A program made the position numbers and the translations under genes. Positions 38,400-48,636 of a stretch of DNA of 64,000 bases are shown one piece after another. Source of the stretch: Spirochaetia bacterium (lineage in GTDB: Bacteria > Spirochaetota > Spirochaetia > WTKD01 > G963693115). Each line of letters opens with the position of its first letter. Positions within the stretch are counted from its first letter, which is position 1. The stretch lies in contig OZ244590.1 in NCBI GenBank assembly GCA_965218205.1, positions 915,271-979,270 on the forward strand, given 5' to 3'. The notes under the pieces were generated by a model. It did not search any database, had not been told where the DNA came from, and saw only the letters and a list, made by a program, of their open reading frames with translations.

Positions 38400-40928
38400 A
38401 TGAAATTATTAAAAGTATCATATATAGTTTTTATCGTTCTTGTGTTTACATTATTCACTTGTGAAGACATCAAAGTAGGAAGTAGCAATGTTAGTAACCC
38501 CGCCACCGCACCGCCAGAGGCAAGCACTGTTACAGGAAGCCCCACCGATGAAAGTGTAAGGGTATCGTGGACAGCCCCAGCCCTTACTACTAGTCACAAG
38601 AAAGCAGACGGACAAGCACTCACAACGGCAGATATATCGTACAAAGTGTATCGTGTAGCAAAGGGAAGCAAAGCCCGATATATAGGAGAAATTAAAAAAG
38701 CAGACCCGAACCCGCTAGCAGTAGCAAAGGGAACAACAAGTATACGTATAACTAATCTTAAGCCTACTACTACCTATGAAGTAGTAGTACAAGCAATCAA
38801 TGCCACCGACCCCACAAAAATCTCTATAGGAATAAGAGCAGAAGTAACTACCCTTGCTACTAATCACGCAAATGCCCCAACAGAAGTAAGCAATATCACC
38901 GCAGGCAGTACCACCGCTAGCAGTACAACGCTATCGTGGACAGCCCCAGCCCTTACTACTAATCACAAGAAAGCAGACGGACAAGCACTCACAACGGCAG
39001 ATATATCGTACAAAGTGTATCGTGTAGCAAAAGGAGACAATGAGCGAAGTGTAGCAGAAATTAAAACAGCAGACACGACCCCGCTTGAAGTAACAAAGGG
39101 AACAACAAGCAAAACGATAAGTAGTCTAACAGGCAGTACAACATATGAGATAGTAATAGTAGCAGTCAATTCTACCGATACGACAAAAGCCTCTACAGGC
39201 GTACGAATAGAAGTAACTACCCTTGCAAATAATCAAGCAACAGCACCGCCAGACGCCCGTATTGTTACAGGAAGGCCAGCCGATGACAGTGCATTAATAA
39301 GATGGCTACCCCCAAAATTTACAAGCGATCATAAGAAAGCAGATGGAACACAACTAACAAAGGCAGATATATCGTACAAAGTGTATCGTGTTGCAAAGGG
39401 AAGCGATGATCGAACAATAACACAGATTAAAACAGCGGATACGACCCCGCTTGAAGTAGCAAAAGGAACAACAAGAATAAATATAACTAATCTTAAGCCT
39501 ACTACCACCTATGAAATAGTAGTACAAGCAGTCAATTCTACCGATACCACAAAAGTCTCTACAGGTGTACGAATAGAAGTAACTACCACGAACCCCGCCA
39601 CCGCACCCGCAGAAGTAAGCACTGTTACAGGAAGCCCTACCGATGAGAGTGTAAGGGTATCGTGGATAGCCCCAGCCCTTACTACTAGTCACAGGAAAGC
39701 AAACGGACAAGCACTCACAACGGCAGATGTGTCCTATAAAATATATCGTGTTGCAAAGGGAAGCGATGAGCGAACAATAACACAGATTAAAACAGCAGAC
39801 ACGACACCGCTTGAAGTAGCAAAGGGAACAACAAGCAAAACGATAAGTAGTCTAACAGGCAGTACAACATATGAGATAGTAATAGTAGCAGTCAATTCCA
39901 CCGATACCACAAAAGTCTCTACAGGAGTAAGAGCAGAAGTGACTACCCTTGCCACTATTAGCATGAGAGCAAAGCAACAAGGAAGCAGTACTACAGTTAC
40001 TACTTTGTCAGCAACAGCACAAGGAAAAGACGGAACGACAGAAATTACTCCTATTGTTATTGAAGTAACGCCCAATAGTGTAGTAAGCGGGGGTACATTT
40101 TCAATAAGCCCGAACCTAACAGAAAATACAGGCATTTCTTTCAATACCAGAAACGGCACATTATCAGGGGTAACAAAATACGCCCAGAGTGAAACTACTT
40201 ATACAATAACCTTTACAGCAACAGACGGCAGAACAGCACGGACTACTATTGATATTACTGTAGTGCATAAATATAGTCCGAAAAATAGAGCCGATTTAAT
40301 TACATTGATACAGGATATAATGGACACCGATGACAACGGGAAAATAGATGATATTGACCCCGACTTAAACATTATTGATACAAGTAATATTACAGATATG
40401 ACCCAATTATTTAGCACGAGAACAAAATTACATGTATTTAATGGGGATATATCAAAGTGGAATGTAAGTAATGTAACTACTATGTTTGCAATGTTTGCCA
40501 GTAATACCGCTTTTAATGGGGATATATCAGACTGGAATGTAGGCAAAGTAACGGATATGGACGGAATGTTTAGCAGAGCCTCTGCATTTAATGGGGATAT
40601 ATCAAACTGGAATGTAAGCAAAGTAATAGTTATGGACAGGATGTTTTTGAATGCAACCGCATTTAATAGGGATATATCAGACTGGAATGTAAGCAAAGTA
40701 ACGGATATGAGTTGGATGTTTAATAACGCCTCTGCATTTAATAAGGATATATCAGACTGGAATGTAGAAAGTGTGACCAATATGTTTGCCATGTTTAATA
40801 ATGCAACTGCATTTAATAAAGATTTAGAAGCATGGGGGGAACATATAGGGAAAAATGTAGTTATGTCCTTCATGTTTGATGATAGTGCAGTAACTACACC
40901 GCCTACATGGTACAGAAGTACAGAGTAA
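38400..40928 (+). CDS. surface lipoprotein paralog 3: 4 FN3-like units + Ig-like unit + about 5 DUF285-type repeats
   Basis: 842 aa. SD GAAGGGAG upstream. A distinct signal peptide MKLLKVSYIVFIVLVFTLFTC (lipobox). The downstream modules are the same as in paralogs 1 and 4. Confidence 0.85.
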   Translation: MKLLKVSYIVFIVLVFTLFTCEDIKVGSSNVSNPATAPPEASTVTGSPTDESVRVSWTAPALTTSHKKADGQALTTADISYKVYRVAKGSKARYIGEIKKADPNPLAVAKGTTSIRITNLKPTTTYEVVVQAINATDPTKISIGIRAEVTTLATNHANAPTEVSNITAGSTTASSTTLSWTAPALTTNHKKADGQALTTADISYKVYRVAKGDNERSVAEIKTADTTPLEVTKGTTSKTISSLTGSTTYEIVIVAVNSTDTTKASTGVRIEVTTLANNQATAPPDARIVTGRPADDSALIRWLPPKFTSDHKKADGTQLTKADISYKVYRVAKGSDDRTITQIKTADTTPLEVAKGTTRINITNLKPTTTYEIVVQAVNSTDTTKVSTGVRIEVTTTNPATAPAEVSTVTGSPTDESVRVSWIAPALTTSHRKANGQALTTADVSYKIYRVAKGSDERTITQIKTADTTPLEVAKGTTSKTISSLTGSTTYEIVIVAVNSTDTTKVSTGVRAEVTTLATISMRAKQQGSSTTVTTLSATAQGKDGTTEITPIVIEVTPNSVVSGGTFSISPNLTENTGISFNTRNGTLSGVTKYAQSETTYTITFTATDGRTARTTIDITVVHKYSPKNRADLITLIQDIMDTDDNGKIDDIDPDLNIIDTSNITDMTQLFSTRTKLHVFNGDISKWNVSNVTTMFAMFASNTAFNGDISDWNVGKVTDMDGMFSRASAFNGDISNWNVSKVIVMDRMFLNATAFNRDISDWNVSKVTDMSWMFNNASAFNKDISDWNVESVTNMFAMFNNATAFNKDLEAWGEHIGKNVVMSFMFDDSAVTTPPTWYRSTE

Positions 40929-41016
40929 AGAATAGTAACATTGTGTAGGGATGAGAAATATAAAATCTTTAGCAGTGCTTAAAATTGAGAATAAAGGCTA
41001 TTTTTTAAAAAAATAA

Positions 41017-41035
41017 GTTTTTTTTTATTGTATAA
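41017..41035 (+). promoter_or_regulatory. degenerate copy of the paralog promoter module: T9 tract (41017-41025) and TATAAT (41030-41035); the TTGCAT -35 element is deleted
   Basis: Alignment with 32260-32310 shows loss of the segment carrying TTGCAT and a shorter T run. Confidence 0.45.
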
Positions 41036-41088
41036 TATAGCTATATTTATGAAAAATTCAAGTGTTAATCTTGAAAAAGGAGCGATAT

Positions 41089-44000
41089 ATGAAAAAAAAT
41101 CATATATGGTTTGTTGCTGTATGTATTTTTGTTATTTTTATAAGTGCTTGTGAAGCTAATACTTCAAATAGCTCTAGTAGTGAGGATGATGTACTGTCTT
41201 CTGCAACGGCTCCTGCAGACGCAAGTAATGTTATAGGAAGCCCCACCGATACAAGTGCAAGAATATCGTGGACAGCCCCAATGCTTACAAGCAGTCACAA
41301 GAAAGCAGATGGAACAAAACTAACAACAGCAGATGTATCGTACAAAGTATATCGTGTAGTAAAGGGAGCAAAGAGCCGAACAATAGCAGAGATTAAAACA
41401 GCAGATACGACACCGCTAGCAGTAGCAAAAGGAACAACAAGCACAAATATAACTAATCTTACGAGAAGTACCACATATGAGATAGTAATAGTAGCAGTCA
41501 ATGCCGCCGCCCCTACAAAAGCCTCTACAGGCATACGAATAGAAGTAACGACCCTTGCAACTAATCAGGCAACAGCTCCCGCAGACGCAAGTAATGTTAC
41601 AGGAAGCCCCACCGATACAAGTGCAAGAATATCGTGGACAGCCCCAGCACTTACTACTAGTCACAAGAAAGCAAACGGACAAGCACTCACAACGGCAGAT
41701 GTATCGTACAAAGTATATCATGTAGCAAAAGGAAGCGATGAGCGAACAATAGAACAGATTAAAACAGCAGACACGACACCGCTAGCAGTAGCAAAAGGAA
41801 CAACAAGCACAAATATAACTAATCTTACGAGAAGTACCACATATGAGATAGTAATAGTAGCAGTCAATGCCACCGATACCACAAAAGTCTCTACAGGAGT
41901 AAGAATAGAAATAACTACCCTTGCAAATAGTCACGCAACCGCACCGCCAGATACCCCCGTCTATGTTGCGGGAGGAAGTATTACCGATACCAGTATAAGA
42001 ATAATATGGCAAGCCCCCACGCTTGATAATAGTCACAGGAAAGCAAACGGCAAAGCACTCACAACGGCAGAGGTATCTTACAAAGTATATCATGTAGCAA
42101 AAGGAAGCAATGAGCGAACAATAGAACAGATTAAAACAGCAGACACGACACCGCTAGAAGTAGCCTCAATAGCAGTAGCAAAGAGAACAATAAGAGCAAG
42201 TATAAATAATCTTACGAGAAGTACCACCTATGAAATAGTAGTACAAGCAGTCAATGCCACCGATACTACAAAAGTCTCTACAGGCATACGAGTAGAAGCC
42301 TCCACTCTTGCAAATAATAACGCAACTGCACCGCCAGATGCCCGAAGTGTTACGGCAGGCAGTACCACCGCTAGCAATACAATAATTTCATGGCAAGCCC
42401 CTACACTTGATACTAGTTACAAGAAAGCAAACGGACAAGTACTCACAAAGGAATATATATACTACAAAGTATATAGAGCAGTAAAAGGAAGCGATGACCG
42501 AACCATAGCCCAGATTAAAGAAGCAGACACGACACCGCTTGAAGTAGCCCCGCTTGAAGTAGCAAATGGAACAATAAGCAAAAGTATAAATAATCTTACT
42601 GGAAATACCACCTATGAAATAGTAGTACAAGCAGTCAATGTCACCGACCCTACAAAAGCCTCTACAGGCATACGAATAGAAGTAGCTACCACAAACCCCG
42701 CCACTGCACCGCCAGAGGTAAGCAGTATTACAGGCAGCCCAACCGATATAAGTGCAAGGGTATCATGGACAGCCCCAATGCTTACTAATGATCACAAGAA
42801 AGCGAACGGAGGAAGACTCACAACGGCAGAGGTATCTTACAAAGTATATCATGTAGCAAAGGGAAGCGATGAGCGAACAATAGCTCAGATTAAAGAAGCA
42901 GACACGACCCCGATAGAAGTAGCAAAAGGAACAACAAGCACAAATATAACTAATCTTACACCTAATACCACCTATGAAATAGTAGTACAAGCAGTCAATG
43001 CCACCGACCCCACAAAAGCCTCTACAGGCATACGAATAGAAGGCCCCACGCTTGCAAATAATCAAGCCACTGCACCAACAGAGCCCCGTGTTGTTACAGG
43101 AAGATCGACCGATGACAGTGCATTAATAAGATGGCTACCCTCAAGGCTTACTAATAATCACAAGAAAGCAAACGGACAAGCACTCACAAAGGCAGATGTA
43201 TCTTACAAAGTGTATCGTGTAGTAAAAGGAAGCGATGAGAGAACAACAGCCCAGATTAAAGAAGCTGACACGACACCGCTTGAAGTAGCAAAAGGAACAA
43301 CAAGGATAACTATACATAATCTTACTGGAAGTACTACCTATGAAATAGTAGTACAAGCAGTCAATGCCACCGATACCACAAAAGTCTCTACAGGCATACG
43401 AATAGAAGTAACTACCCTTGCCACTATTAGCATGAAAGCAAAGCAACAAGGAAGCAGTACTACATTTACTACTTTATTTACAACAGCACAAGGAAAAAAT
43501 GGCACAACTACCATTACTCCTATTGTAATGGAAGTCACGCCCAGTGATGTAGTAAGCGAGGGTACATTTTCAATAAGCCCGAACCTAACGGAAAATACAG
43601 GCATTTCTTTCAATACCAGCAATGGCACAATATCAGGGATAGCGAAATATATACAGAGTGAAACTACTTATACAATAACCTTTACAGCAACAGACAGCAG
43701 AACAGTACAGACTACTATTGATATTATTGTAGTAGGTAAATATATCCCTAAAAATAGAACCGAGTTAATTAGAACGATTAAAACAATAATCGACACGAAT
43801 AAAGACGGCACTATTGACAACAAGGATGACCTAGACGCAGACTTAAACAATATCGATACAAGTAGTATTACTAGTATGCGGTACTTGTTTGCAAAATCCA
43901 TAACAAAGTTACACCAATTTAGTGGGGATATATCAAAATGGGATGTAAGTAATGTAACTGATATGTACGGGATGTTCCAAGACGCTACTGCATTTAATAG

Positions 44001-44484
44001 TGATATATCAAAATGGGATGTAAGCAAAGTAACAAGTATGAGCTGGATGTTTAGAGGAGCGACTGCATTTAATAGCGATATATCAGACTGGCACGTAAGC
44101 AAAGTAACCGATATGCTCGCAATGTTTGGGAAAGCTACCGCCTTTAATAGTGATATATCAGACTGGAAAGTAGGGAAAGTTACCGATATGAGCGGGATGT
44201 TTGAAGGAGCAACTGCCTTTAATAGTGATATATCAGACTGGAAAGTAGGGAAAGTTACCAATATGAGTTTTATGTTTGAAGGAGCAATTGCATTTAATAG
44301 TGATATATCTACATGGGATGTAAGCAAAGTAACGAATATGAGCGATATGTTCAAGGAGGCAAGTAGTTTTAATAGAGATTTAGAAGCATGGGGGGAACAT
44401 ATCGGGGAAAGTGTTACTATGGACGGAATGTTTGAAAACTCTAAAGTAACTACACCGCCTACATGGTATAAAAGCACAGAGTAA
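41089..44484 (+). CDS. surface lipoprotein paralog 4: 6 FN3-like units + Ig-like unit + about 6 DUF285-type repeats
   Basis: 1131 aa from the SD-supported ATG 41089. Lipobox ...FVIFISAC. The repeat motifs are as in the other paralogs. Confidence 0.85.
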   Translation: MKKNHIWFVAVCIFVIFISACEANTSNSSSSEDDVLSSATAPADASNVIGSPTDTSARISWTAPMLTSSHKKADGTKLTTADVSYKVYRVVKGAKSRTIAEIKTADTTPLAVAKGTTSTNITNLTRSTTYEIVIVAVNAAAPTKASTGIRIEVTTLATNQATAPADASNVTGSPTDTSARISWTAPALTTSHKKANGQALTTADVSYKVYHVAKGSDERTIEQIKTADTTPLAVAKGTTSTNITNLTRSTTYEIVIVAVNATDTTKVSTGVRIEITTLANSHATAPPDTPVYVAGGSITDTSIRIIWQAPTLDNSHRKANGKALTTAEVSYKVYHVAKGSNERTIEQIKTADTTPLEVASIAVAKRTIRASINNLTRSTTYEIVVQAVNATDTTKVSTGIRVEASTLANNNATAPPDARSVTAGSTTASNTIISWQAPTLDTSYKKANGQVLTKEYIYYKVYRAVKGSDDRTIAQIKEADTTPLEVAPLEVANGTISKSINNLTGNTTYEIVVQAVNVTDPTKASTGIRIEVATTNPATAPPEVSSITGSPTDISARVSWTAPMLTNDHKKANGGRLTTAEVSYKVYHVAKGSDERTIAQIKEADTTPIEVAKGTTSTNITNLTPNTTYEIVVQAVNATDPTKASTGIRIEGPTLANNQATAPTEPRVVTGRSTDDSALIRWLPSRLTNNHKKANGQALTKADVSYKVYRVVKGSDERTTAQIKEADTTPLEVAKGTTRITIHNLTGSTTYEIVVQAVNATDTTKVSTGIRIEVTTLATISMKAKQQGSSTTFTTLFTTAQGKNGTTTITPIVMEVTPSDVVSEGTFSISPNLTENTGISFNTSNGTISGIAKYIQSETTYTITFTATDSRTVQTTIDIIVVGKYIPKNRTELIRTIKTIIDTNKDGTIDNKDDLDADLNNIDTSSITSMRYLFAKSITKLHQFSGDISKWDVSNVTDMYGMFQDATAFNSDISKWDVSKVTSMSWMFRGATAFNSDISDWHVSKVTDMLAMFGKATAFNSDISDWKVGKVTDMSGMFEGATAFNSDISDWKVGKVTNMSFMFEGAIAFNSDISTWDVSKVTNMSDMFKEASSFNRDLEAWGEHIGESVTMDGMFENSKVTTPPTWYKSTE

Positions 44485-44702
44485 AGAATAGTAACATTGT
44501 GTAGGGATGAGAAATATAAAATCTTTCATAGTATCAATGTAATATGTTTATTATTCTTATTCTTTCAATCATCCCTACACTTTAGTAAGTTTATATAAGA
44601 CAGGAAAACTGTTATTACTATTATAAATTGAGTATATTTGAGAAAGGAGTTTTGCTATCTCATGTATGGATTTTTGGAGGCACACAAGATGGTAAAAGTA
44701 CA
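44485..44702 (+). repeat. 218-nt post-gene module, copy 2 (near-identical to 31956-32173)
   Basis: Contains the inverted repeat 44499-44510 / 44569-44580 with a 58-nt loop. It lies between the convergent paralog 4 and PBP genes. Confidence 0.85.
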
Positions 44703-44722
44703 GGTAACTTCAAAGAGCTATG

Positions 44723-46561
44723 CTACTCAAAATAGAGATGTAGTATTTTATTATTTTCAATACTCGTGTTAGGTGCAGGTTCTTGATGTACCACTGTTCC
44801 GTTTCCATGTAATTGTAGTTGTATATCCGTATTTATAAACAAAGACCATATTTCTCGTTTGCTTTTTCCTCTATAGTTTTCATATACAGATCCTAAGCGT
44901 ATGTTTGTTTTTTCTTTTCGTTGTCTATATGCTACCGTCTGTACTTTTTCTGTTGCTTCTGTATTTTCAAGGTATCCCAGATAAGGAAGAATAAACTTAA
45001 GCATTTTACGTATCATGGGAGCAGTAGTACGTCCCCCATATATTTCTCCTGAAGTTGGATTATGGATAGCCGCATAAATAATAAGCTCAGGATCTTGTGT
45101 TGGAATGATACTGAGTGTTGAAGCTATAAAATTATCTTCTGAGTATTGTTTTTGTGCAATATCAAATACCTGAGCAGTGCCTGTTTTTGCTGATATATCT
45201 ATGCCGTCTATTTTTAGTCTATGGGCAGTACCTCCAGAACTTGTAGCATTGTTCATCATACGAAGCACTGTTTGTGCAGTCTCAGCCTTTAATACTTGTC
45301 TTTTTTCTTTTTTTTGAAAAGAGTATAGTACATCTCCTTCTGAGGATATAATTTTTTTTATTACTTGAGGAGTAAGCAAATACCCATTATTTACAAGAGT
45401 AGTGGCGGCTGTCACTAACTGCAATGCTGTTACTGCTATTTCTTGTCCTAGTGCAATGGTTGGCTTTGAACGTTGCGACCAGTATTTTGTATCTTTCAGT
45501 ATTCCGTAATTTTCACCAGGAAGCTGTATTCCTGTTTTTTGTCCAAATCCAAATGCAGTGAGATATGTATGGAATGTATTGTTTGTTATTGTTTCACTTG
45601 CACGGGCTATTCCTACATTGCTTGAAAATTTTATAATCTCTGATGTTGTAATGACTCCCGGATACCAAATATCTTGAATGGTATATCCATATTTTTGACT
45701 AATATAGGGAGCGCTGGCATCAAAGCGTGAATAAGGGGTGATTGCACCATAATCAAGTAAACTCGCAATGGCAAATATCTTAAAGACGCTTCCTGGTTCA
45801 TAATTAAATCGTATCAGTTTGTTGCTCAGTTGTTCTTGTGAATATTTATAGTATGTATTGAGATCAAAATTAGGGAGAGAAGCAAAAGCAAGTATTTCCC
45901 CTGTTTTTCCGTTCATGAGTATTGTATTTATAAATGATGCCTTGCTTTCAATAAGTGTTTCTTTTACAATTTCTTCTATGCTACTTTGTAAGATAGAGTC
46001 AATAGTAAGATAGAGAGAATTTCCTAATGGTGTTTCTTGTGTTGCTTGTAATTCTGTATCAAAACTTGCCTCTATACCATCTAAGCCCTTTCCTTCTTCT
46101 CCATAATACCCAATAAGATGTGCGAGCGACTCTTTTCCTGGATATTTTCTCCATGTCATTTCTGATAATTGCACTCCGTTTAATTTTCCTTCTTTCTTGA
46201 GAGCAGTAATAGTAGTATATTCATTGCTAGTAATGTGTTTTTTTATGTTGACATATTTGTTAGGCTGTATTAGTTTTTGCTGTATTTCTTCAAGAGGAAT
46301 ATGCAATACCTCCGAAAGAGTTTCTTGTATTTCTTCTGGATTATCTGTATCAATTAGCCGTAGTCCAACGCTTTTGCTTTTTACTTGCATAGCAAGAATA
46401 TTGCCATTTCTATCAAAGATAGGACCTCGTTCCATATACAGTGGTTGCTGTTCTTTATTGTTTTGGGGAGCATTTTTTGTGAGAGATACCATTTTTAAGG
46501 CAGTTATTATTGGGAGCATGAGAAATAAAGAGAAAATTACTATCCAGACAAGATATTTCAT
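44723..46561 (-). CDS. class B penicillin-binding protein (PBP2/FtsI-type transpeptidase)
   Basis: 612 aa with an N-terminal TM. Active-site motifs SVFK (SxxK), SSN (SxN) and KTGTA (KTG). Confidence 0.9.
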   Translation of the reverse strand: MKYLVWIVIFSLFLMLPIITALKMVSLTKNAPQNNKEQQPLYMERGPIFDRNGNILAMQVKSKSVGLRLIDTDNPEEIQETLSEVLHIPLEEIQQKLIQPNKYVNIKKHITSNEYTTITALKKEGKLNGVQLSEMTWRKYPGKESLAHLIGYYGEEGKGLDGIEASFDTELQATQETPLGNSLYLTIDSILQSSIEEIVKETLIESKASFINTILMNGKTGEILAFASLPNFDLNTYYKYSQEQLSNKLIRFNYEPGSVFKIFAIASLLDYGAITPYSRFDASAPYISQKYGYTIQDIWYPGVITTSEIIKFSSNVGIARASETITNNTFHTYLTAFGFGQKTGIQLPGENYGILKDTKYWSQRSKPTIALGQEIAVTALQLVTAATTLVNNGYLLTPQVIKKIISSEGDVLYSFQKKEKRQVLKAETAQTVLRMMNNATSSGGTAHRLKIDGIDISAKTGTAQVFDIAQKQYSEDNFIASTLSIIPTQDPELIIYAAIHNPTSGEIYGGRTTAPMIRKMLKFILPYLGYLENTEATEKVQTVAYRQRKEKTNIRLGSVYENYRGKSKREIWSLFINTDIQLQLHGNGTVVHQEPAPNTSIENNKILHLYFE

Positions 46562-46660
46562 CTCCTTAAAATATCGACAATAGTAAAACAGTACTCAATA
46601 ATTATATTGATTGTGTCGAAAATATCGGTAGTATACAATAAAAAAAGAATAAAAATAATT

Positions 46661-47878
46661 ATGAAAGCTCAAAAAGTATCAAAAAATAAGTCGATAGAAA
46701 CTTCTCTTTATTATTATGGTGTTGCTACCGCAGAATATGATGTCTTTGATAATGATATTCAAGATACCGTAAATTCCTATTTTCATAACAATAATGAGCG
46801 TATGGAAACTGATACATATCGTGCTCAAGCCAATCATGTAGCTTCTAAAAAAAACACTGCTCTTAAAAAGAATATATTTTCTGTTGTGCGTATGTGGAAA
46901 CAGATAATGAGCCTTGCTACAAGAATGTCTGTTTTTCTTACAAGAATACCAGTAACAGTATTATGGTTTATTTTGTTAAGTTTTATGTCTTTATATCTTG
47001 GAATGAGTACAATAAATACTATTCATGGTGGGTTTGGTTATATGTCGAGCGAAAAAGTATACAACGGTATTACTACAGTAATGATAAACCCTCTCTCTTC
47101 CCATGAAGGATCACAAAATCAAGAGGCTTTCGATACTGCTCTGTTACAAGAGCTTAGTATGGATTCCTATGTCTTGCAGAGTGGAGATACATTGCTTGCA
47201 TTAGCTATAGAATTTGGTCGTAATGTAGATACGCTTGTAAGTGTAAATGCCATCCAAGATGCTACCTCCATACAAATTGGTCAAAAAATCTTTGTTCCCA
47301 CCCAAGATGGCATTATTCACAAAATTAAAAGGAACGAAACGCTGGGCTCTATTGCTAAAACATATAATGTAAATGAAAATGCCATTGTAGATATAAACAA
47401 TCTTCAAAATGAGACTCTTACTATTGGAAAACAATTATTTATCCCCGATGCAAAGATGAACTGGTTTGATCTAGGGCTTGTTTTAGGGACAGTATTTCAG
47501 TTGCCTACAAGAGGAAGATTGACTTCTGGATATGGCTACAGGGTAAGTCCTATCACTGGGAGACGCCATTTTCATGGAGCTATTGATATTGCTAATAGAA
47601 TTGGAACTCCTATCGTTGCTGCAGCAACAGGGGTAGTAAGTGCATCTGGGACTAATGTAGTATATGGGAAACATATAGAGATTGCACATCCTAATGGATA
47701 CAAAACATTGTATACTCATTTACATGATATGAAGGTACGCAGAGGACAGAGGGTAAGTCGTGGTGCTGTTATTGGATCTATGGGAAACACAGGGCATAGT
47801 ACAGGCCCTCATTTACATTTTGCTATCTTTAAGAATGGAAAGCATGAAAATCCGCTTCTCTATGTTCGCTTTCGCTAG
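46661..47878 (+). CDS. LysM-domain M23 family metallopeptidase
   Basis: Two LysM repeats (YVLQSGDTLLALAIEF..., HKIKRNETLGSIAKTY...). M23 motifs HFHGAIDIA and HSTGPHLHFAI. The start is uncertain: ATG 46661 is chosen over the track's TTG 46607. Confidence 0.8.
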   Translation: MKAQKVSKNKSIETSLYYYGVATAEYDVFDNDIQDTVNSYFHNNNERMETDTYRAQANHVASKKNTALKKNIFSVVRMWKQIMSLATRMSVFLTRIPVTVLWFILLSFMSLYLGMSTINTIHGGFGYMSSEKVYNGITTVMINPLSSHEGSQNQEAFDTALLQELSMDSYVLQSGDTLLALAIEFGRNVDTLVSVNAIQDATSIQIGQKIFVPTQDGIIHKIKRNETLGSIAKTYNVNENAIVDINNLQNETLTIGKQLFIPDAKMNWFDLGLVLGTVFQLPTRGRLTSGYGYRVSPITGRRHFHGAIDIANRIGTPIVAAATGVVSASGTNVVYGKHIEIAHPNGYKTLYTHLHDMKVRRGQRVSRGAVIGSMGNTGHSTGPHLHFAIFKNGKHENPLLYVRFR

Positions 47879-47964
47879 TTGCACCATAGTGCTTGCTATA
47901 GTATAACTACTATAGTGTAATTATAGTTACGTTGTTATTCTCTTCTATTTCAACAATATCTCGT

Positions 47965-48591
47965 TCACCGTATTGAAAAACTTTTTCGATGAATACTACT
48001 CATGCCATGTTGTCGTATTGCTTGTTTGTGTTTTGCGGTAGGGTATCCTTTGTGGATATTCATATGGTATAGTGGATATGCTTGGTGTAAAAGCTCCATA
48101 AGTTCATCACGGGCTACTTTTGCAAGTATGGACGCTGCTTGAATTTCAGGTACTTTAGTATCACCTTTGACAATAGCTTGACACTGTACTGGTATCTGTG
48201 GGCAGAATTTTCCGTCTACTAACACTCGTATATTGTCTTTATCTTGTTGCTGGTTGTTTGTATAAAAGGACTGTAGCGGATGGGAATGAGTAGTATGTAT
48301 ACAGTGCTGTATGTACATAGTACATTGTGTATAGGCTCGTTGCATAGCTAAAAGGCTTGCGTGATGAATATTGATAGTATCAATTTCGTGAGGATATGCC
48401 CAGCCAAAGCCCCAGTATGCATGCTTCTTTATGACTATTGAGGCATTTTTTCGTTGTATTGCAGAGATTCTTTTTGAATCTTGTAATATACTATAAGAAG
48501 TGAAGTTGCTGTAGCTAAAACTTACACATGCAGCTGCAACAGGGCCGCATAAAGCACCTCTACCAGCTTCATCTATTCCAAATATAACCAT
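47965..48591 (-). CDS. rnhB: ribonuclease HII
   Basis: 208 aa. N-terminal catalytic motif GIDEAGRGALCGPV and a C-terminal RNase HII pattern. Confidence 0.9.
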   Translation of the reverse strand: MVIFGIDEAGRGALCGPVAAACVSFSYSNFTSYSILQDSKRISAIQRKNASIVIKKHAYWGFGWAYPHEIDTINIHHASLLAMQRAYTQCTMYIQHCIHTTHSHPLQSFYTNNQQQDKDNIRVLVDGKFCPQIPVQCQAIVKGDTKVPEIQAASILAKVARDELMELLHQAYPLYHMNIHKGYPTAKHKQAIRQHGMSSIHRKSFSIR

Positions 48592-48636
48592 TTATTCACA
48601 TTATATGGTAAAACAACGGGAAGGGTATATAATAAA

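Noticed and set aside
29000-44700. Possible CRISPR array or non-coding satellite, suggested by the highly regular 363-nt and 75-nt repeats.
   Set aside because: The repeats are in frame inside long ORFs with protein-domain periodicity (121 aa and 25 aa). There is no short repeat-spacer architecture and there are no cas genes.
46197-46583. 128-aa plus-strand ORF antisense to the 5' end of the PBP gene.
   Set aside because: The PBP frame carries the TM anchor and conserved motifs. The antisense ORF has no translation signals.
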